A model generated the notes under the pieces. That model was not told where the DNA came from. It saw nothing but the letters and a program-made list of their open reading frames with translations, and did no database searches. A stretch of DNA of 64,000 bases. Source: Patescibacteria group bacterium. GTDB lineage: Bacteria; Patescibacteriota; Saccharimonadia; UBA4664; SCTI01. The stretch covers positions 128,160 through 192,159 of the forward strand of contig SCTI01000002.1 of the NCBI GenBank assembly GCA_004297735.1, given 5' to 3'. Shown in pieces: positions 46,940 through 56,642 of this stretch. Positions within the stretch are counted from its first letter, which is position 1; each line of letters opens with the position of its first letter. A program made the translations under genes and the position numbers.

Positions 46940-48049
46940 CTAATTCTTAACCTGTTGGTTAACAAAATTTTTAATTTTTTTGATAAATACTGATTCATCA
47001 TAGCCGGCTGCGTGTTTACGGATTTTAACCGAATCGTAATCATCAGGGTTGAAATTCTTAAGCGCTTGCGCCAACGAGTCAACGGTCTGCTCCTTAAAGA
47101 AGGTGCCGGTCGTGCCCTCAACCACTGTCTCGGTCGCTCCCCCTTTGCCGTAGGCAATTACGGGCGTGCCACAGGCCATGGCCTCGAGTGGAGTTAAGCC
47201 AAAGTCCTCCTCGGCCGTAAACAAAAAGGCTTCGGCGCGAGCCAATTGCTGCGCCACTCCCTCATCATCCAGGCGTCCAACAAACCGAATGGTTGGGCCG
47301 GCCATATCCTCAAGCTTACTTAGCTCACTACCTCCACCAATCACGGTAAGTGGCAAGCCCAGCTTGGTGCAGGCCTGAACCGCCAGATCGACTCGCTTGT
47401 ACGGAATTAACCGCGATACCACCACAAAGCCACTGCGGGTCTGGCGGCCGAGCTCAAAGCGGTCTAACTCGATTGGCGGATTAATCACCTCCGAATCCCG
47501 CCGGTAGTACTTGGTGATACGCTGCTGTACATACTGGGAGTTAGCGATAAAGTGATCAACTCGCTGGGCAGCCGCAAAATCCCATAGGCGCATCTTGCGC
47601 ACCAAACCCGGCATAACCAGGCGAACCAGTGGCGATAGCAGGCCAAAACCGGTGGCATTGCGATATTTAGCGTAATCGCTCCAATAATAGCGGGTTGGGG
47701 TGTGCAAGTAGCAGACGTGGGCGGTTTCCGGCTTGGTAATAACCCCCTTGGACTCGGCTGAGCAGGATGAGATCACGACGTCGTAACCGCTAAAGTCGAA
47801 TGACTCAAAGGCCATGGTGCGAAGTATTGGATAGAGCTGGTGCTTTCGCTTGGCTAGAGGCCAGTGCTGCAAAAATGAGGTGCGCACATCCGCATCTTTA
47901 AACTGCGGCAAAGCCTCGGCATCGTATACCGAGGTATAGATTGGTGCATCGGGGTAAGCTTGGTGCAGCGCCCACACCACTCGCTCTCCCCCTCCCTGAT
48001 TGGTCAACCAGTCATGGACAATTGCCACTTTAAGATTTTTTGCTGCCAC
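46940..48049 (-). CDS. Glycosyltransferase family 4
   Basis: KVAIVHDWL...GGGERV, YLHTPTRYYW, SRLIPYKRVD, EDFGLTPLEAMACGTPV. Confidence 0.93.
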   Translation of the reverse strand: MAAKNLKVAIVHDWLTNQGGGERVVWALHQAYPDAPIYTSVYDAEALPQFKDADVRTSFLQHWPLAKRKHQLYPILRTMAFESFDFSGYDVVISSCSAESKGVITKPETAHVCYLHTPTRYYWSDYAKYRNATGFGLLSPLVRLVMPGLVRKMRLWDFAAAQRVDHFIANSQYVQQRITKYYRRDSEVINPPIELDRFELGRQTRSGFVVVSRLIPYKRVDLAVQACTKLGLPLTVIGGGSELSKLEDMAGPTIRFVGRLDDEGVAQQLARAEAFLFTAEEDFGLTPLEAMACGTPVIAYGKGGATETVVEGTTGTFFKEQTVDSLAQALKNFNPDDYDSVKIRKHAAGYDESVFIKKIKNFVNQQVKN

Positions 48050-49503
48050 TAGTACGCCCCCTTGCCGGTCATAATAATATATATGGTCCTTAAGATAATC
48101 TTAATATCTAGCAGAAGGCTCCAGTTTTCGATGTAGTACATATCAAGCTTAACCCGTTCTTCATAACCAATATCATTGCGGCCAGACACCTGCCACAAAC
48201 CGGTTAAACCAGGTCGAAGTGCCAGCAAGGTTGAGCGGTCCTTGCCGTAGCGGTCCAGTTCGTCCTTAACGATAGGTCGGGGGCCAACCAGGCTGATGTC
48301 GCCACGCAGAATATTAAACAGCTGCGGCAGCTCATCGAGGCTGGTACGGCGCAAAAAGTCGCCAAACCGGCTAACACGAGGGTCATTCTTAACCTTTTGT
48401 TCACGTTTGAACTCATCGATCAGATCCTGGCGGCCAAGCATCTCAAGCACCTCAACCGGTGTCTTGCCACGGTACTTTCCGGTAGAAAAGCGCTGGCGCA
48501 TGGTACGGAACTTGTAAACGTAAATAGCCTTGCCCTCGCGGCTCAACCGACGGTGGCGGAAAAATACCGGGCCGGCGTCGGTCAGCTTAATTAACAGCGC
48601 GATAACCACAAACAAAGGCGAAAGCACAATCAGCCCAAGTAGCGATGAAGCCAGATCGAAGCCGCGTTTAACGATTCTCCCCCACCCATCAAGCGGGGTT
48701 GGCTTCATTGCCACCATGGGCATACCAGCCAGAGTGCCCAACTGGGCGTTGGTCGCAAAAATACCAAACTGGTTTGGCACAAAACGGTAGGTTATATGGT
48801 TACGAGCAGCAAACTGCACCACCTCAAACACCTCGTCGGGATTGAGGTGAGAGTCGGCCTGAATAATCTGATCGATATGTTGATTTTTTAACCGATTTTT
48901 AAGGTTGGTTAAGGAGCGATCAACCAAAACCGGGCGCATTCGTTGCGATGCCCCGCTGGCGGTATCGAGCGCGCCAATAATCTTAAAGCCGGTCTGGGCC
49001 GACCGCGACAATGTTTGAACCAGGCGCTGAGCCAAAGGCCCACTCCCGACTATGACGGTTTGGTAAACTCCGATGTTCGCCCTAAACAGGCGCCGCTGAA
49101 TTGCCCGAATAATAACCCGCCCAAGCATCACTGTAACCAGGGCTATGCCGTAAGCATAAATTGGTACCGCCTTAGACGGAAAGATTGGGCTAGGGCTAAC
49201 AAAATCCAACACAATCATGAACATGACGCCACCGCTAACCCCCACAAACACCTTACCGGCCTCCTGTAAGCGGCTACGTAAGCTAGATTGATTGTATAGA
49301 CCGGTTAAGGCAAAGATCAGAATCCAGACCGGGATAATTAGTAAAAATACCTGCAAAAAGAACTCGATTCCCAGTGGGTAGGTTACTGGGCGAGCCTCAA
49401 TCTTAACGCGAATGGCGTAGGCGGCGATAAAAGCTGACAAAATTGCCGCAAAATCGATCGGAAGAAGTAACAGACTAAACAGTAATTCGCTGCGTTTTCG
49501 CAT
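48049..49503 (-). CDS. Polyprenyl-phosphate sugar phosphotransferase (WbaP/WcaJ family)
   Basis: KRGFD, YKFRTM, DPRVS, LRRTSLDELPQL, SLVGPRP, PGLTGLWQVSGRN, YIENWS. Confidence 0.94.
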   Translation of the reverse strand: MRKRSELLFSLLLLPIDFAAILSAFIAAYAIRVKIEARPVTYPLGIEFFLQVFLLIIPVWILIFALTGLYNQSSLRSRLQEAGKVFVGVSGGVMFMIVLDFVSPSPIFPSKAVPIYAYGIALVTVMLGRVIIRAIQRRLFRANIGVYQTVIVGSGPLAQRLVQTLSRSAQTGFKIIGALDTASGASQRMRPVLVDRSLTNLKNRLKNQHIDQIIQADSHLNPDEVFEVVQFAARNHITYRFVPNQFGIFATNAQLGTLAGMPMVAMKPTPLDGWGRIVKRGFDLASSLLGLIVLSPLFVVIALLIKLTDAGPVFFRHRRLSREGKAIYVYKFRTMRQRFSTGKYRGKTPVEVLEMLGRQDLIDEFKREQKVKNDPRVSRFGDFLRRTSLDELPQLFNILRGDISLVGPRPIVKDELDRYGKDRSTLLALRPGLTGLWQVSGRNDIGYEERVKLDMYYIENWSLLLDIKIILRTIYIIMTGKGAY

Positions 49504-49603
49504 TGTTGGGTTTTAATTACCTTAAGGTTAAATATCTAGATATATTGTAGCAGGAATTGATCAAAAAAGGCCTCTGCCGCGTATGGCGAGACCTGCTTTG
49601 ATT

Positions 49604-49986
49604 TGAGACTACCTATAAGCCGGATTCTGTCCCCCGCAAAGCGGATGGATGATCATCTATCTTGGCTACCTGTCACCAGGTGGCTCGTGCGGTTCATGCT
49701 GGTCCAGGCGAGCAACCTATAGACCAGCCACCTTGCAGTGGACGGGGTTTACCTCCTCCCAAAGTCACCAGAGGGAGCTGTGGGCTCTTACCCCACTCGT
49801 TTCATCCTTACCTGGACGAACCAGGCGGTATCGTTTCTGTGGCACTTTCCCTAGACTTGGCAGCGATGTTCTCTCGAGAGGAACACCGCCAGCTTACATC
49901 TGGTTGCGGTTAGCAACCGTCCTGCTCTGTACTGTCCGGACTTTCCTCCCCTGCCTTACGGCTCAGGCGATCATCCAGTAGTCTCA
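49604..49986 (-). ncRNA. rnpB: RNase P RNA
   Basis: P1 TGAGACTAC/GTAGTCTCA, GAGGAAAGTCCGG, AGTGCCACAGAAA, ACAGAATCCGGCTTA. Confidence 0.96.
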
Positions 49987-50031
49987 GTGGGGATATTATA
50001 CCGTTTTTGAGCCAAAAAAGCTAGGTTTTGG

Positions 50032-50472
50032 CTAAATATGGCCTAAGTGTTCGTCGAGCGCTTTATTAACCTCAATGTCGGCTAGCTTGTTCTCGGAGCG
50101 CAGGACGTGCTTAAAGGTGACCTCTAGGCCACCAACCTTCTTCATAATATCGGCATGCAGCGGCTGCAAATCAACATTCTTCACCTTATACTCCCCTCGC
50201 AGCTGCTTAACCACCAGCTCACTATCTAAAATAAGCTCGATTTTACTTGGCTTGTACTTTTTAGCCGCCGCCAAAGCACCAATCACCGCGGTATACTCGG
50301 CCTGATTATTGGTGGTCTCCCCAATATACCGACCAAATGACTCAATATGATCATCGTCCGGTGTAGAAATAACAACGCCAACCGCCGAAGGCCCCGGATT
50401 GCCACGGCTACCGCCATCGGTATGGATTACCAAATGCTTAATTTCGACAGGTGCGTTTAATAGATGTGCCAT
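50032..50472 (-). CDS. Ribonuclease HI family protein
   Basis: HTDGGSRGNPGP, TNNQAEY, DSELVVKQL, HVLRSENKLAD. Confidence 0.93.
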   Translation of the reverse strand: MAHLLNAPVEIKHLVIHTDGGSRGNPGPSAVGVVISTPDDDHIESFGRYIGETTNNQAEYTAVIGALAAAKKYKPSKIELILDSELVVKQLRGEYKVKNVDLQPLHADIMKKVGGLEVTFKHVLRSENKLADIEVNKALDEHLGHI

Positions 50473-50478
50473 ATGCTC

Positions 50479-51150
50479 CTATTGTACATGATGTGTTAGT
50501 TCGGCAAAGAATCGACTGCCGTCATACGATTGTACCAGTTTTAATAAATCCTTAACATTTGGCATGAAGTCGACACCATCAACCTCTTCTGGATGACGCC
50601 AAAAAGCCTCTCCGATATCTGATTTCTCGATTAGTTCGCCGGTTGGATTACTTCCATAAAACAGATGGAATAGAATCTCGCTCACCGGCTCGCCGTCCTC
50701 CATTGTGGTGGCGTAACCGTCACCATAGTGCTGCAAATCGGCCACCAAGCCGGTCTTTTCGCGTAGCTCCCGCTCCGCCGCCAGCTTAACGCCTTCGCCC
50801 AGATGAATCTTGCCGTAAGGGAAGCCAACCATATCAATGAGCGGCTGACGCTTGCGGCGGTAAAACAGCCAGCGCCCCTCACCGTCCTCTACTGCCATTA
50901 GGGTAACAATCCGAGGCTGCACCCTGGGAGTTAGCGACTTTAAGCTCAACCGGTCAGCGTACAGCTTGCCCTTTGAGGTCAATCGGTACAGGCCGTTCTT
51001 ACCCTGCTTTTCAACCAACCCATCCCGAATCAGCTGCTTAAGGTGATACATAAACAGATTACCCTCAATCTCACGCGGCTTCAGATCGGCATAACGCAGC
51101 TCCGGGTTTAAGATGAGCTGTTGTAAAATGTGTTGCTGCAATCGATGCAT
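50479..51150 (-). CDS. wHTH-NUDIX fusion protein
   Basis: YHLKQLIRDGLVEK wHTH; GKIHLGE...AERELREKTGL Nudix box variant. Confidence 0.85.
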   Translation of the reverse strand: MHRLQQHILQQLILNPELRYADLKPREIEGNLFMYHLKQLIRDGLVEKQGKNGLYRLTSKGKLYADRLSLKSLTPRVQPRIVTLMAVEDGEGRWLFYRRKRQPLIDMVGFPYGKIHLGEGVKLAAERELREKTGLVADLQHYGDGYATTMEDGEPVSEILFHLFYGSNPTGELIEKSDIGEAFWRHPEEVDGVDFMPNVKDLLKLVQSYDGSRFFAELTHHVQ

Positions 51151-51239
51151 CGAGTAACTCCTGGTGCTTCCAGCATACTCTTGTTTGAGATTGAGTCAAA
51201 TTAATAACTCGAATGCTACTGAAATCAAAATGGGTGCAG

Positions 51240-51863
51240 TTAGCTTCTCTTGTTCCCAGATTGACCTGGGCCAGGAACTCTAAAGCCTAGATTATTTGCT
51301 CTTTCAATTTCTTCTGGCGTCATGCCGCATGCTTGCGCCTTTACAGCTATCGAAAGTTCCTTTATTTGCTTGGTCGCATAGTTACACGCTACCTTAGTTA
51401 ACTCCAAAAGTGTAGTGACCCCATCGGTTGTTGGGAAGGTGTGACTGATAAGAAAAGGCGCTATATCTAAAACCTTCCAATCGCCTTCTATTTTTGTGCA
51501 TACAATGCCAGTAGTATACTGTTCGTAAGCGTTTACCGAATGGGCAATCCGCTTACTTCTCATATCGACATAGAATTTATGCGCACCCAAAGGATCTCCA
51601 TTCAAGCCTTCATAGATAGATGGTTGCAAGCTTGCCCGAACGCCACCGTCAAAACATCTGGCATAAAAAACAACAGAAGCTACCCACAATGCTTCATCAA
51701 TAGGACTTAGGCTTTTATCGTCTTCTTTTAATGACTCCAAGTTACTCATAAGCAGGATTAGCCATGCAATTATTTTCTTTAAATCAACCTGAATAGAGTG
51801 CCACTCAGCTAATTCTTTAGCCTGTGGTGATTTCAACTCTTTCAATGGATGACCCTTAATCAT
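51240..51863 (-). CDS. Hypothetical protein, possible HEPN/AbiU2-like domain
   Basis: Helical protein with RSKRIAH (R-x5-H); AT-rich; directly 3' of tRNA-Pro. Confidence 0.55.
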   Translation of the reverse strand: MIKGHPLKELKSPQAKELAEWHSIQVDLKKIIAWLILLMSNLESLKEDDKSLSPIDEALWVASVVFYARCFDGGVRASLQPSIYEGLNGDPLGAHKFYVDMRSKRIAHSVNAYEQYTTGIVCTKIEGDWKVLDIAPFLISHTFPTTDGVTTLLELTKVACNYATKQIKELSIAVKAQACGMTPEEIERANNLGFRVPGPGQSGNKRS

Positions 51864-51890
51864 AGCTTAGCGCCTCAATTTAATAATTCC

Positions 51891-51966
51891 TGGTCGGGGT
51901 GACAGGACTTGAACCTGCGACCTCCCGGCCCCCAGCCGGACGCGCTACCAACTGCGCCACACCCCG
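51891..51966 (-). tRNA. tRNA-Pro(GGG)
   Basis: CGGGGTG...TCCGG-CTGGGGG-CCGGG...GGTTCAAGTCC...CACCCCG-ACCA. Confidence 0.96.
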
Positions 51967-51972
51967 AAAAAC

Positions 51973-52125
51973 AAGCTCCGCTACCCGGTAAGCCAGAGTT
52001 TTCTTCCCGCGATGTATGCAGGTGGGTGTCCTCAGCTACGCGGTCCTCGGACCGGAGCAATCTTAAACTCCCGTTAAAAAACTCGTAAAGAAAAAATAAA
52101 CTGGCCTACCAAAGCTGCAGAGCTT
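51973..52125 (-). ncRNA. ssrS: 6S RNA
   Basis: Ends pair as a long rod (AAGCTCTGC/GCGGAGCTT; TTGGTAGGCCAG/CTGGCTTACCGG) around a central bubble, with ACGGGAG and CACCCACCTGC...GCGGG motifs I recall from Firmicutes-type 6S; TCGACC-17-TACAAT promoter. Confidence 0.75.
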
Positions 52126-52151
52126 ACTGGTATTGTAGCGAGTTTTACCGA

Positions 52152-52793
52152 CTAGGTCGACAGGCCGGTTAAACCTGGGACCAAGAACTGCATAATGCCG
52201 CCAACGATGGCACCGAAGATTGGCATAAAGACCGGTGCGGCCAGGAATAGTAGGAAGAAAATGATGAGCAGGCCATTTTGTTCGAGGCGGTCCATGACGT
52301 TACGGACACTTAGCGGCACAAAGGCATACAAGATGCGCGAACCGTCCAGGGGCGGAATTGGAATTAGGTTAAATACCGCAAAAGCGATGTTGATCGAAAT
52401 TACGGTGATGAAGAACGGCATTATTTGAGTCGAAGGCGTAAACAGCTGCAGGGCAACCGCAGTAATGACGGCGAGCAGCAGATTCATGGCTGGACCGGCG
52501 GCGGCAACGATGGCAACGCCGTATTTACCATACTTAACGGCCCAGGGGTTAAACGGTACCGGTCGGGCCGCCCCAAAGATAACCGGCGAGCCAATAACTA
52601 TGAGGATTAGGGGTAAAAGCACGGTCATGACCGGGTCGATATGGGTCAGCGGGTTAATACTAAGACGGCCCTCATTGCGAGCGGTGCGGTCTCCGAGTAG
52701 ATCGCTAGCCAGAGCATGAGCAAACTCATGCAGGGTTAGGGCAAGAATCAAGCCGATAATCAAAAAGCCAATGCCAACAGGGTTAAAATCCAT
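52152..52793 (-). CDS. Site-2 protease family (M50) membrane metalloprotease
   Basis: LHEFAH, NPLTHIDP, AAGP, FNLIPIPPLDGS. Confidence 0.94.
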   Translation of the reverse strand: MDFNPVGIGFLIIGLILALTLHEFAHALASDLLGDRTARNEGRLSINPLTHIDPVMTVLLPLILIVIGSPVIFGAARPVPFNPWAVKYGKYGVAIVAAAGPAMNLLLAVITAVALQLFTPSTQIMPFFITVISINIAFAVFNLIPIPPLDGSRILYAFVPLSVRNVMDRLEQNGLLIIFFLLFLAAPVFMPIFGAIVGGIMQFLVPGLTGLST

Positions 52794-52896
52794 GTCATGA
52801 TTATACGTTGGGTTATCAGCTGGCGCTAGTTGACCTAACGGGTCTAATCTGATACTATATTCGGGTTGTTACGGAATTATTAAGGAGTTCAACGAC

Positions 52897-53130
52897 ATGG
52901 CGTACGCCTGTGACATTTGCGGTAAAGGCAAGCAGTTCGGCCACAATGTTCCCTTCTCCCAGAAGAAGACGAACAAGGTGTGGAAGCCGAATCTTCAGCG
53001 TACCCGAATTGAGCTCGATGGCACCAAGGTACGGGTAAAGATCTGCACCCAGTGCATGCGCACCTTGGCCAAGTACCGCGATAAAGCGGTTGAAAAGGCC
53101 GAAGCGCCTAAAGCCGAAGCCAAGGCTTAA
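52897..53130 (+). CDS. rpmB: 50S ribosomal protein L28 (zinc-binding form)
   Basis: CDICGK...GHNVPFS...WKPNLQ...CTQC. Confidence 0.95.
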   Translation: MAYACDICGKGKQFGHNVPFSQKKTNKVWKPNLQRTRIELDGTKVRVKICTQCMRTLAKYRDKAVEKAEAPKAEAKA

Positions 53131-53131
53131 T

Positions 53132-53162
53132 TAAAAAACCGCCCAGTGAGGCGGTTTTTTAA
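53132..53162. terminator. Bidirectional intrinsic terminator
   Basis: AAAAAACCGCC-CAGTGA-GGCGGTTTTTT between convergent genes. Confidence 0.85.
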
Positions 53163-53178
53163 TATCTGCTGGAGGCAA

Positions 53179-53751
53179 CTAACTCTGAGGCTGCAACACC
53201 ACTACGGTAGTTTCAAGCGGCAGGTCCTTGCTGGTAAGCTTGAGCTTTGGCTGTGGCTCAGGGCTAGACCCAACCTCTTTTAAGAAGGCCTCAAGAACGC
53301 CATCGTAGTTAATTGGCACCACATAGTTGGGCTCTAGTTGGCTAACAATCTTGGTGGCAGTAGCTGGGCTTAGCTCCGCCTCCCCCCCTTTGAGGGAAAA
53401 GACCAGTACATCGATGCCGCCAAGTGCCTCAATCTGCCCATTGGTCAACTCGGCCGTAACCGAACCTAGCAGCCCGACTCGAATCCCGTCAACCGATACG
53501 GCGTATAGAGTGGATTCGTCGGCGGTAGCGACAGCGGTAATCATTGAGCCCTTAATTTCGTACTCGCCTGGACCATCAAACAGGCGGCCGGCGGTCTTAA
53601 CCGACTTTTCGGCGGCACGAGTCAACAAAGTGGTATCGACCACGCCCTTAACATCACCCCCGGGCTGGCCGGTTGGCGAAGGGTCGCACAATACAGTTAC
53701 CTGCTTGCCAACAACCTTAACGCAGTTCATTCCAATAAATGTGACTTCCAT
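53179..53751 (-). CDS. Metallo-beta-lactamase-fold protein, degenerate metal site
   Basis: DGPGEYEIKG, IDVL, LEPNYVVPINY, but no HxHxDH. Confidence 0.75.
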   Translation of the reverse strand: MEVTFIGMNCVKVVGKQVTVLCDPSPTGQPGGDVKGVVDTTLLTRAAEKSVKTAGRLFDGPGEYEIKGSMITAVATADESTLYAVSVDGIRVGLLGSVTAELTNGQIEALGGIDVLVFSLKGGEAELSPATATKIVSQLEPNYVVPINYDGVLEAFLKEVGSSPEPQPKLKLTSKDLPLETTVVVLQPQS

Positions 53752-53778
53752 ACTATCTCCTACCTTTATTCTAAACGC

Positions 53779-54438
53779 CTACCGGCTTTTAATCTCTACC
53801 GGAACTGCCACCTCGGCCACATCACCCTCTAGCGCTGCCGGGGCCGGCTTAACCTTGGTGTTGGTTTCATCAACCAGCATTATCTTCTTCGCCCCCAACA
53901 CATTCGACAAAAAGCGGTCGTTGAGGCGCTGGCGATAGCCAAACTCCTCTGGGGTCATAACGGTGTAGTTAATCTCTCGACCCAACTCTTGTTCCATCTC
54001 GGTAACCAACTTGGACACGCGAGATCGATTAAGGTCGCCCATTAAAAAGAGGTCGATGTTTACGCTAGGGTCACGAACAAAACTGCCGGTTTCAAAAGCC
54101 AGCTGCACCTTACCGGTGGCACGAAGCTTTTTAATTAGGTCATTATCTTGCTGAGCGTCATGTAGATCTGGCTCATCTAGCGTTACGTTGGTAAAAATAG
54201 CGCGCAGCGGGGCGTAAAACTGATAGTCTTGGTCGACCTCGTAGTAGAGCTTGTTGTTGTTACCCTCACTGCGAATGATGCCAATTGCCAGCAGATTAGA
54301 TAGTTCGCGGCGGACCGAGTTAATCTGCTCGTCAACCTTACGAGTGATTTCGCGAACATAGTACGGCCGATTGGGGTTGTTATAAAACAGGCTGAGCAAC
54401 TTGACGCGCGTCTTTGAGCCAAACAAACTTTCGAACAC
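53779..54438 (-). CDS. wHTH regulator with C-terminal nucleotidyltransferase-like domain
   Basis: LFGSKTRVKLL...YYVREITR...NSVRRELSNL; GSFVR...IDLFLMG...REINYTV. Confidence 0.8.
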   Translation of the reverse strand: MFESLFGSKTRVKLLSLFYNNPNRPYYVREITRKVDEQINSVRRELSNLLAIGIIRSEGNNNKLYYEVDQDYQFYAPLRAIFTNVTLDEPDLHDAQQDNDLIKKLRATGKVQLAFETGSFVRDPSVNIDLFLMGDLNRSRVSKLVTEMEQELGREINYTVMTPEEFGYRQRLNDRFLSNVLGAKKIMLVDETNTKVKPAPAALEGDVAEVAVPVEIKSR

Positions 54439-54573
54439 TTAAACCTCTTCGTTAATCTACCGCCTTACTAAAAAGCATTATATCTTATTGCTCACCCCAC
54501 GGGAACCATCTTTGCACACAAAAGTACCTCAACCAATGTATTCAATTTAATTTAGATCTAAGATTAGTTCAGT

Positions 54574-55836
54574 TTAGTGCAGTAATAAGGTGGCGAGGCC
54601 TAAAAAGACAAAGAAGCCGCAGACGTCGGTGGCGGTGGTAATAAAGATGGTCGCCGAGGAGGCCGGGTCTTTGCGGAGCGCCTTCATTATCATCGGGATA
54701 GCGGCTCCAAATAGACCGGCAATTAGCAGGTTGGCCACCATCGCGACAGCCAGTACCAAACCCAGCATTGGGTTGTGATTGAACAAGATTGCTACCGCCG
54801 CCACAATAATACCGTTGATAATACCGTTGATGGTACCGGCGATCATCTCGTTGCTAATAAACCGCCAGCCGGTGCGCAGGTCGATTTCGCGCAAAGTTAA
54901 TCCGCGAATAGCCACCGCCAGGGTTTGAGTACCGGCGTTACCACCCATACCGGCCACAATTGGCATGTAAACCGCCAGCAACACAAACTTGTCGAGAGTG
55001 GCCTCAAACAAGCCCACCACCGAGGCCGCCAAAAAAGCGGTGCCTAGGTTAATAATTAGCCACTTATAGCGATACTTAACCTTGGTTAAAGCGCTATCGT
55101 AGGCATCCTCTTCGCGAGTAACACCGGCAAACTTGTACAGACCGCCGGGGCCCCGATCGTGAATTAAAGGAATAATATCATCGGTATTAATGACACCGAG
55201 CACCGCGCGATCATCGTCAACCACCGCCAGTTTGTCGTGAGGGTGCCGTAAAAATGACTGCACCACCTTGTGCTCAGGGCTGTTGTAAGGCAAGGTTGAG
55301 ATCTTTTTTATCTTTGGCAGAACATGCTGGGAGGGCCTTGCCCGAATCAGCTCAAACCCTGGCAGCTCCCCCAGCAAGTGACCGTCGTCAACCACCAATA
55401 TGGTCGGGAACTTACCGGTGGCATGCTCCTCGCGCTCCAGGATCTTAGAAACATCGGCAAACCGGCTGTTTTCAGGAATGACGATGTAGTTAAGATTCAT
55501 TAAGCCGGCGGCAGCTCTTGGGTTAAAGCGCAGTAGGTACTCTACCTTATCGCGAGCATTGACGTTGAGTTTTTCGAGGATGTGCTCCGCCCGCTTAACA
55601 TCAACCCGGCGCATCAGCCTGGCCGACTGCTGCGGATCAAGGTAGTTTAAGATGTCGATCAGCTCCTGGTCGTTAATGCGCGACATGATGTAGCGCTGCA
55701 CCTTAGGGCTGAGGCTCAATAGCGCCATGCCCTGATCGGCCTGCGGTATACGTCGAAACAGGTCTAAGCGGTTGCGGCGAGAGTATGATAACTCTCGCTT
55801 AATTGATTCGTGCGGTTGTTGGCTCGGTTGGCTCAT
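54574..55836 (-). CDS. mgtE: Magnesium transporter MgtE
   Basis: CBS pair, RYKWLIINL, PIVAGMGGNAGTQT, DPASSA...ITTATDV. Confidence 0.93.
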   Translation of the reverse strand: MSQPSQQPHESIKRELSYSRRNRLDLFRRIPQADQGMALLSLSPKVQRYIMSRINDQELIDILNYLDPQQSARLMRRVDVKRAEHILEKLNVNARDKVEYLLRFNPRAAAGLMNLNYIVIPENSRFADVSKILEREEHATGKFPTILVVDDGHLLGELPGFELIRARPSQHVLPKIKKISTLPYNSPEHKVVQSFLRHPHDKLAVVDDDRAVLGVINTDDIIPLIHDRGPGGLYKFAGVTREEDAYDSALTKVKYRYKWLIINLGTAFLAASVVGLFEATLDKFVLLAVYMPIVAGMGGNAGTQTLAVAIRGLTLREIDLRTGWRFISNEMIAGTINGIINGIIVAAVAILFNHNPMLGLVLAVAMVANLLIAGLFGAAIPMIMKALRKDPASSATIFITTATDVCGFFVFLGLATLLLH

Positions 55837-55910
55837 ATAAGTTTTGGTGCCCACTCTCTCTTGGAATAATATTACCGCTTATGGTTAGGCGTGTCTACTT
55901 TATGGGCAGT

Positions 55911-56642
55911 CTACTGGGGTCGGGCGGCGGCGCTGCTGGCAGCCGCTCGCTCAATGGTGTCATCAAGTGGCTCAAGCGACTGAACGCCTTGCGAACGCTT
56001 AAGCGCCGCCAAAATCAGAGCATCAGCAAAGTCCGGATTCTTGGGCAAGACCGGGCCATGCAAATAGGTGCCGTAAACGTTGTTAACCACCGCCCCCTCA
56101 TTGCCGCTCGTGCCATCATTACCAAAACCGCGCACCACCGAGCCAAACGCCACCTGACCCTCTTCGAGCAAGGTTCGACCACTATGGTTTTCAAAACCCT
56201 CCAGTCGCCCAAAGGTGGTATCGATACTGACATTGCCTATCATCCGTTGCGTGCTGCCAATGGTGCGAGCCTGGAACAGCGCAATCCCGGGTATGGTCTC
56301 CCCCTCTAGGGTGGTAAAGCCACGCCCAAACAGCTGGTAAGTACCGCAAATGGCTAGCATTGGGACTCCGTCGGCAGCGGCCGCGTGCAAGGCCTTGGCG
56401 TGGCGCTGTAGGTCTTTGCCAACCGCAATCTGGCCACGATCCTGACCACCACCACCAAAGATGAGGTCGGCGCGCTTAATATCGATCTTGTCGCCCACTC
56501 CGGCCCTCACCACCTCAACCTGATACCCGCGCCATTCCAGGCGCTTGGTTAGGGTAATGATATTGCCACGATCGCCATAAATGTTCAGCTCCTCCGGGTA
56601 AAGATGAAGGATGGTGACCGATTTTTTAGCTACCTTACTCAT
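55911..56642 (-). CDS. gatD: Lipid II isoglutaminyl synthase glutaminase subunit
   Basis: LYPEELNIYGDRGN, GGGQD, ICGTYQL, GFENHSG, TYLHGP; ATGA overlap with murT. Confidence 0.93.
   Translation of the reverse strand: MSKVAKKSVTILHLYPEELNIYGDRGNIITLTKRLEWRGYQVEVVRAGVGDKIDIKRADLIFGGGGQDRGQIAVGKDLQRHAKALHAAAADGVPMLAICGTYQLFGRGFTTLEGETIPGIALFQARTIGSTQRMIGNVSIDTTFGRLEGFENHSGRTLLEEGQVAFGSVVRGFGNDGTSGNEGAVVNNVYGTYLHGPVLPKNPDFADALILAALKRSQGVQSLEPLDDTIERAAASSAAARPQ

Noticed and set aside
49649-49981. ORFs 49649-49981 and 49662-49913
   Set aside because: They lie antisense to the RNase P RNA gene.
51875-52060. 61-aa minus-strand ORF
   Set aside because: Overlaps the 6S RNA and tRNA-Pro(GGG).
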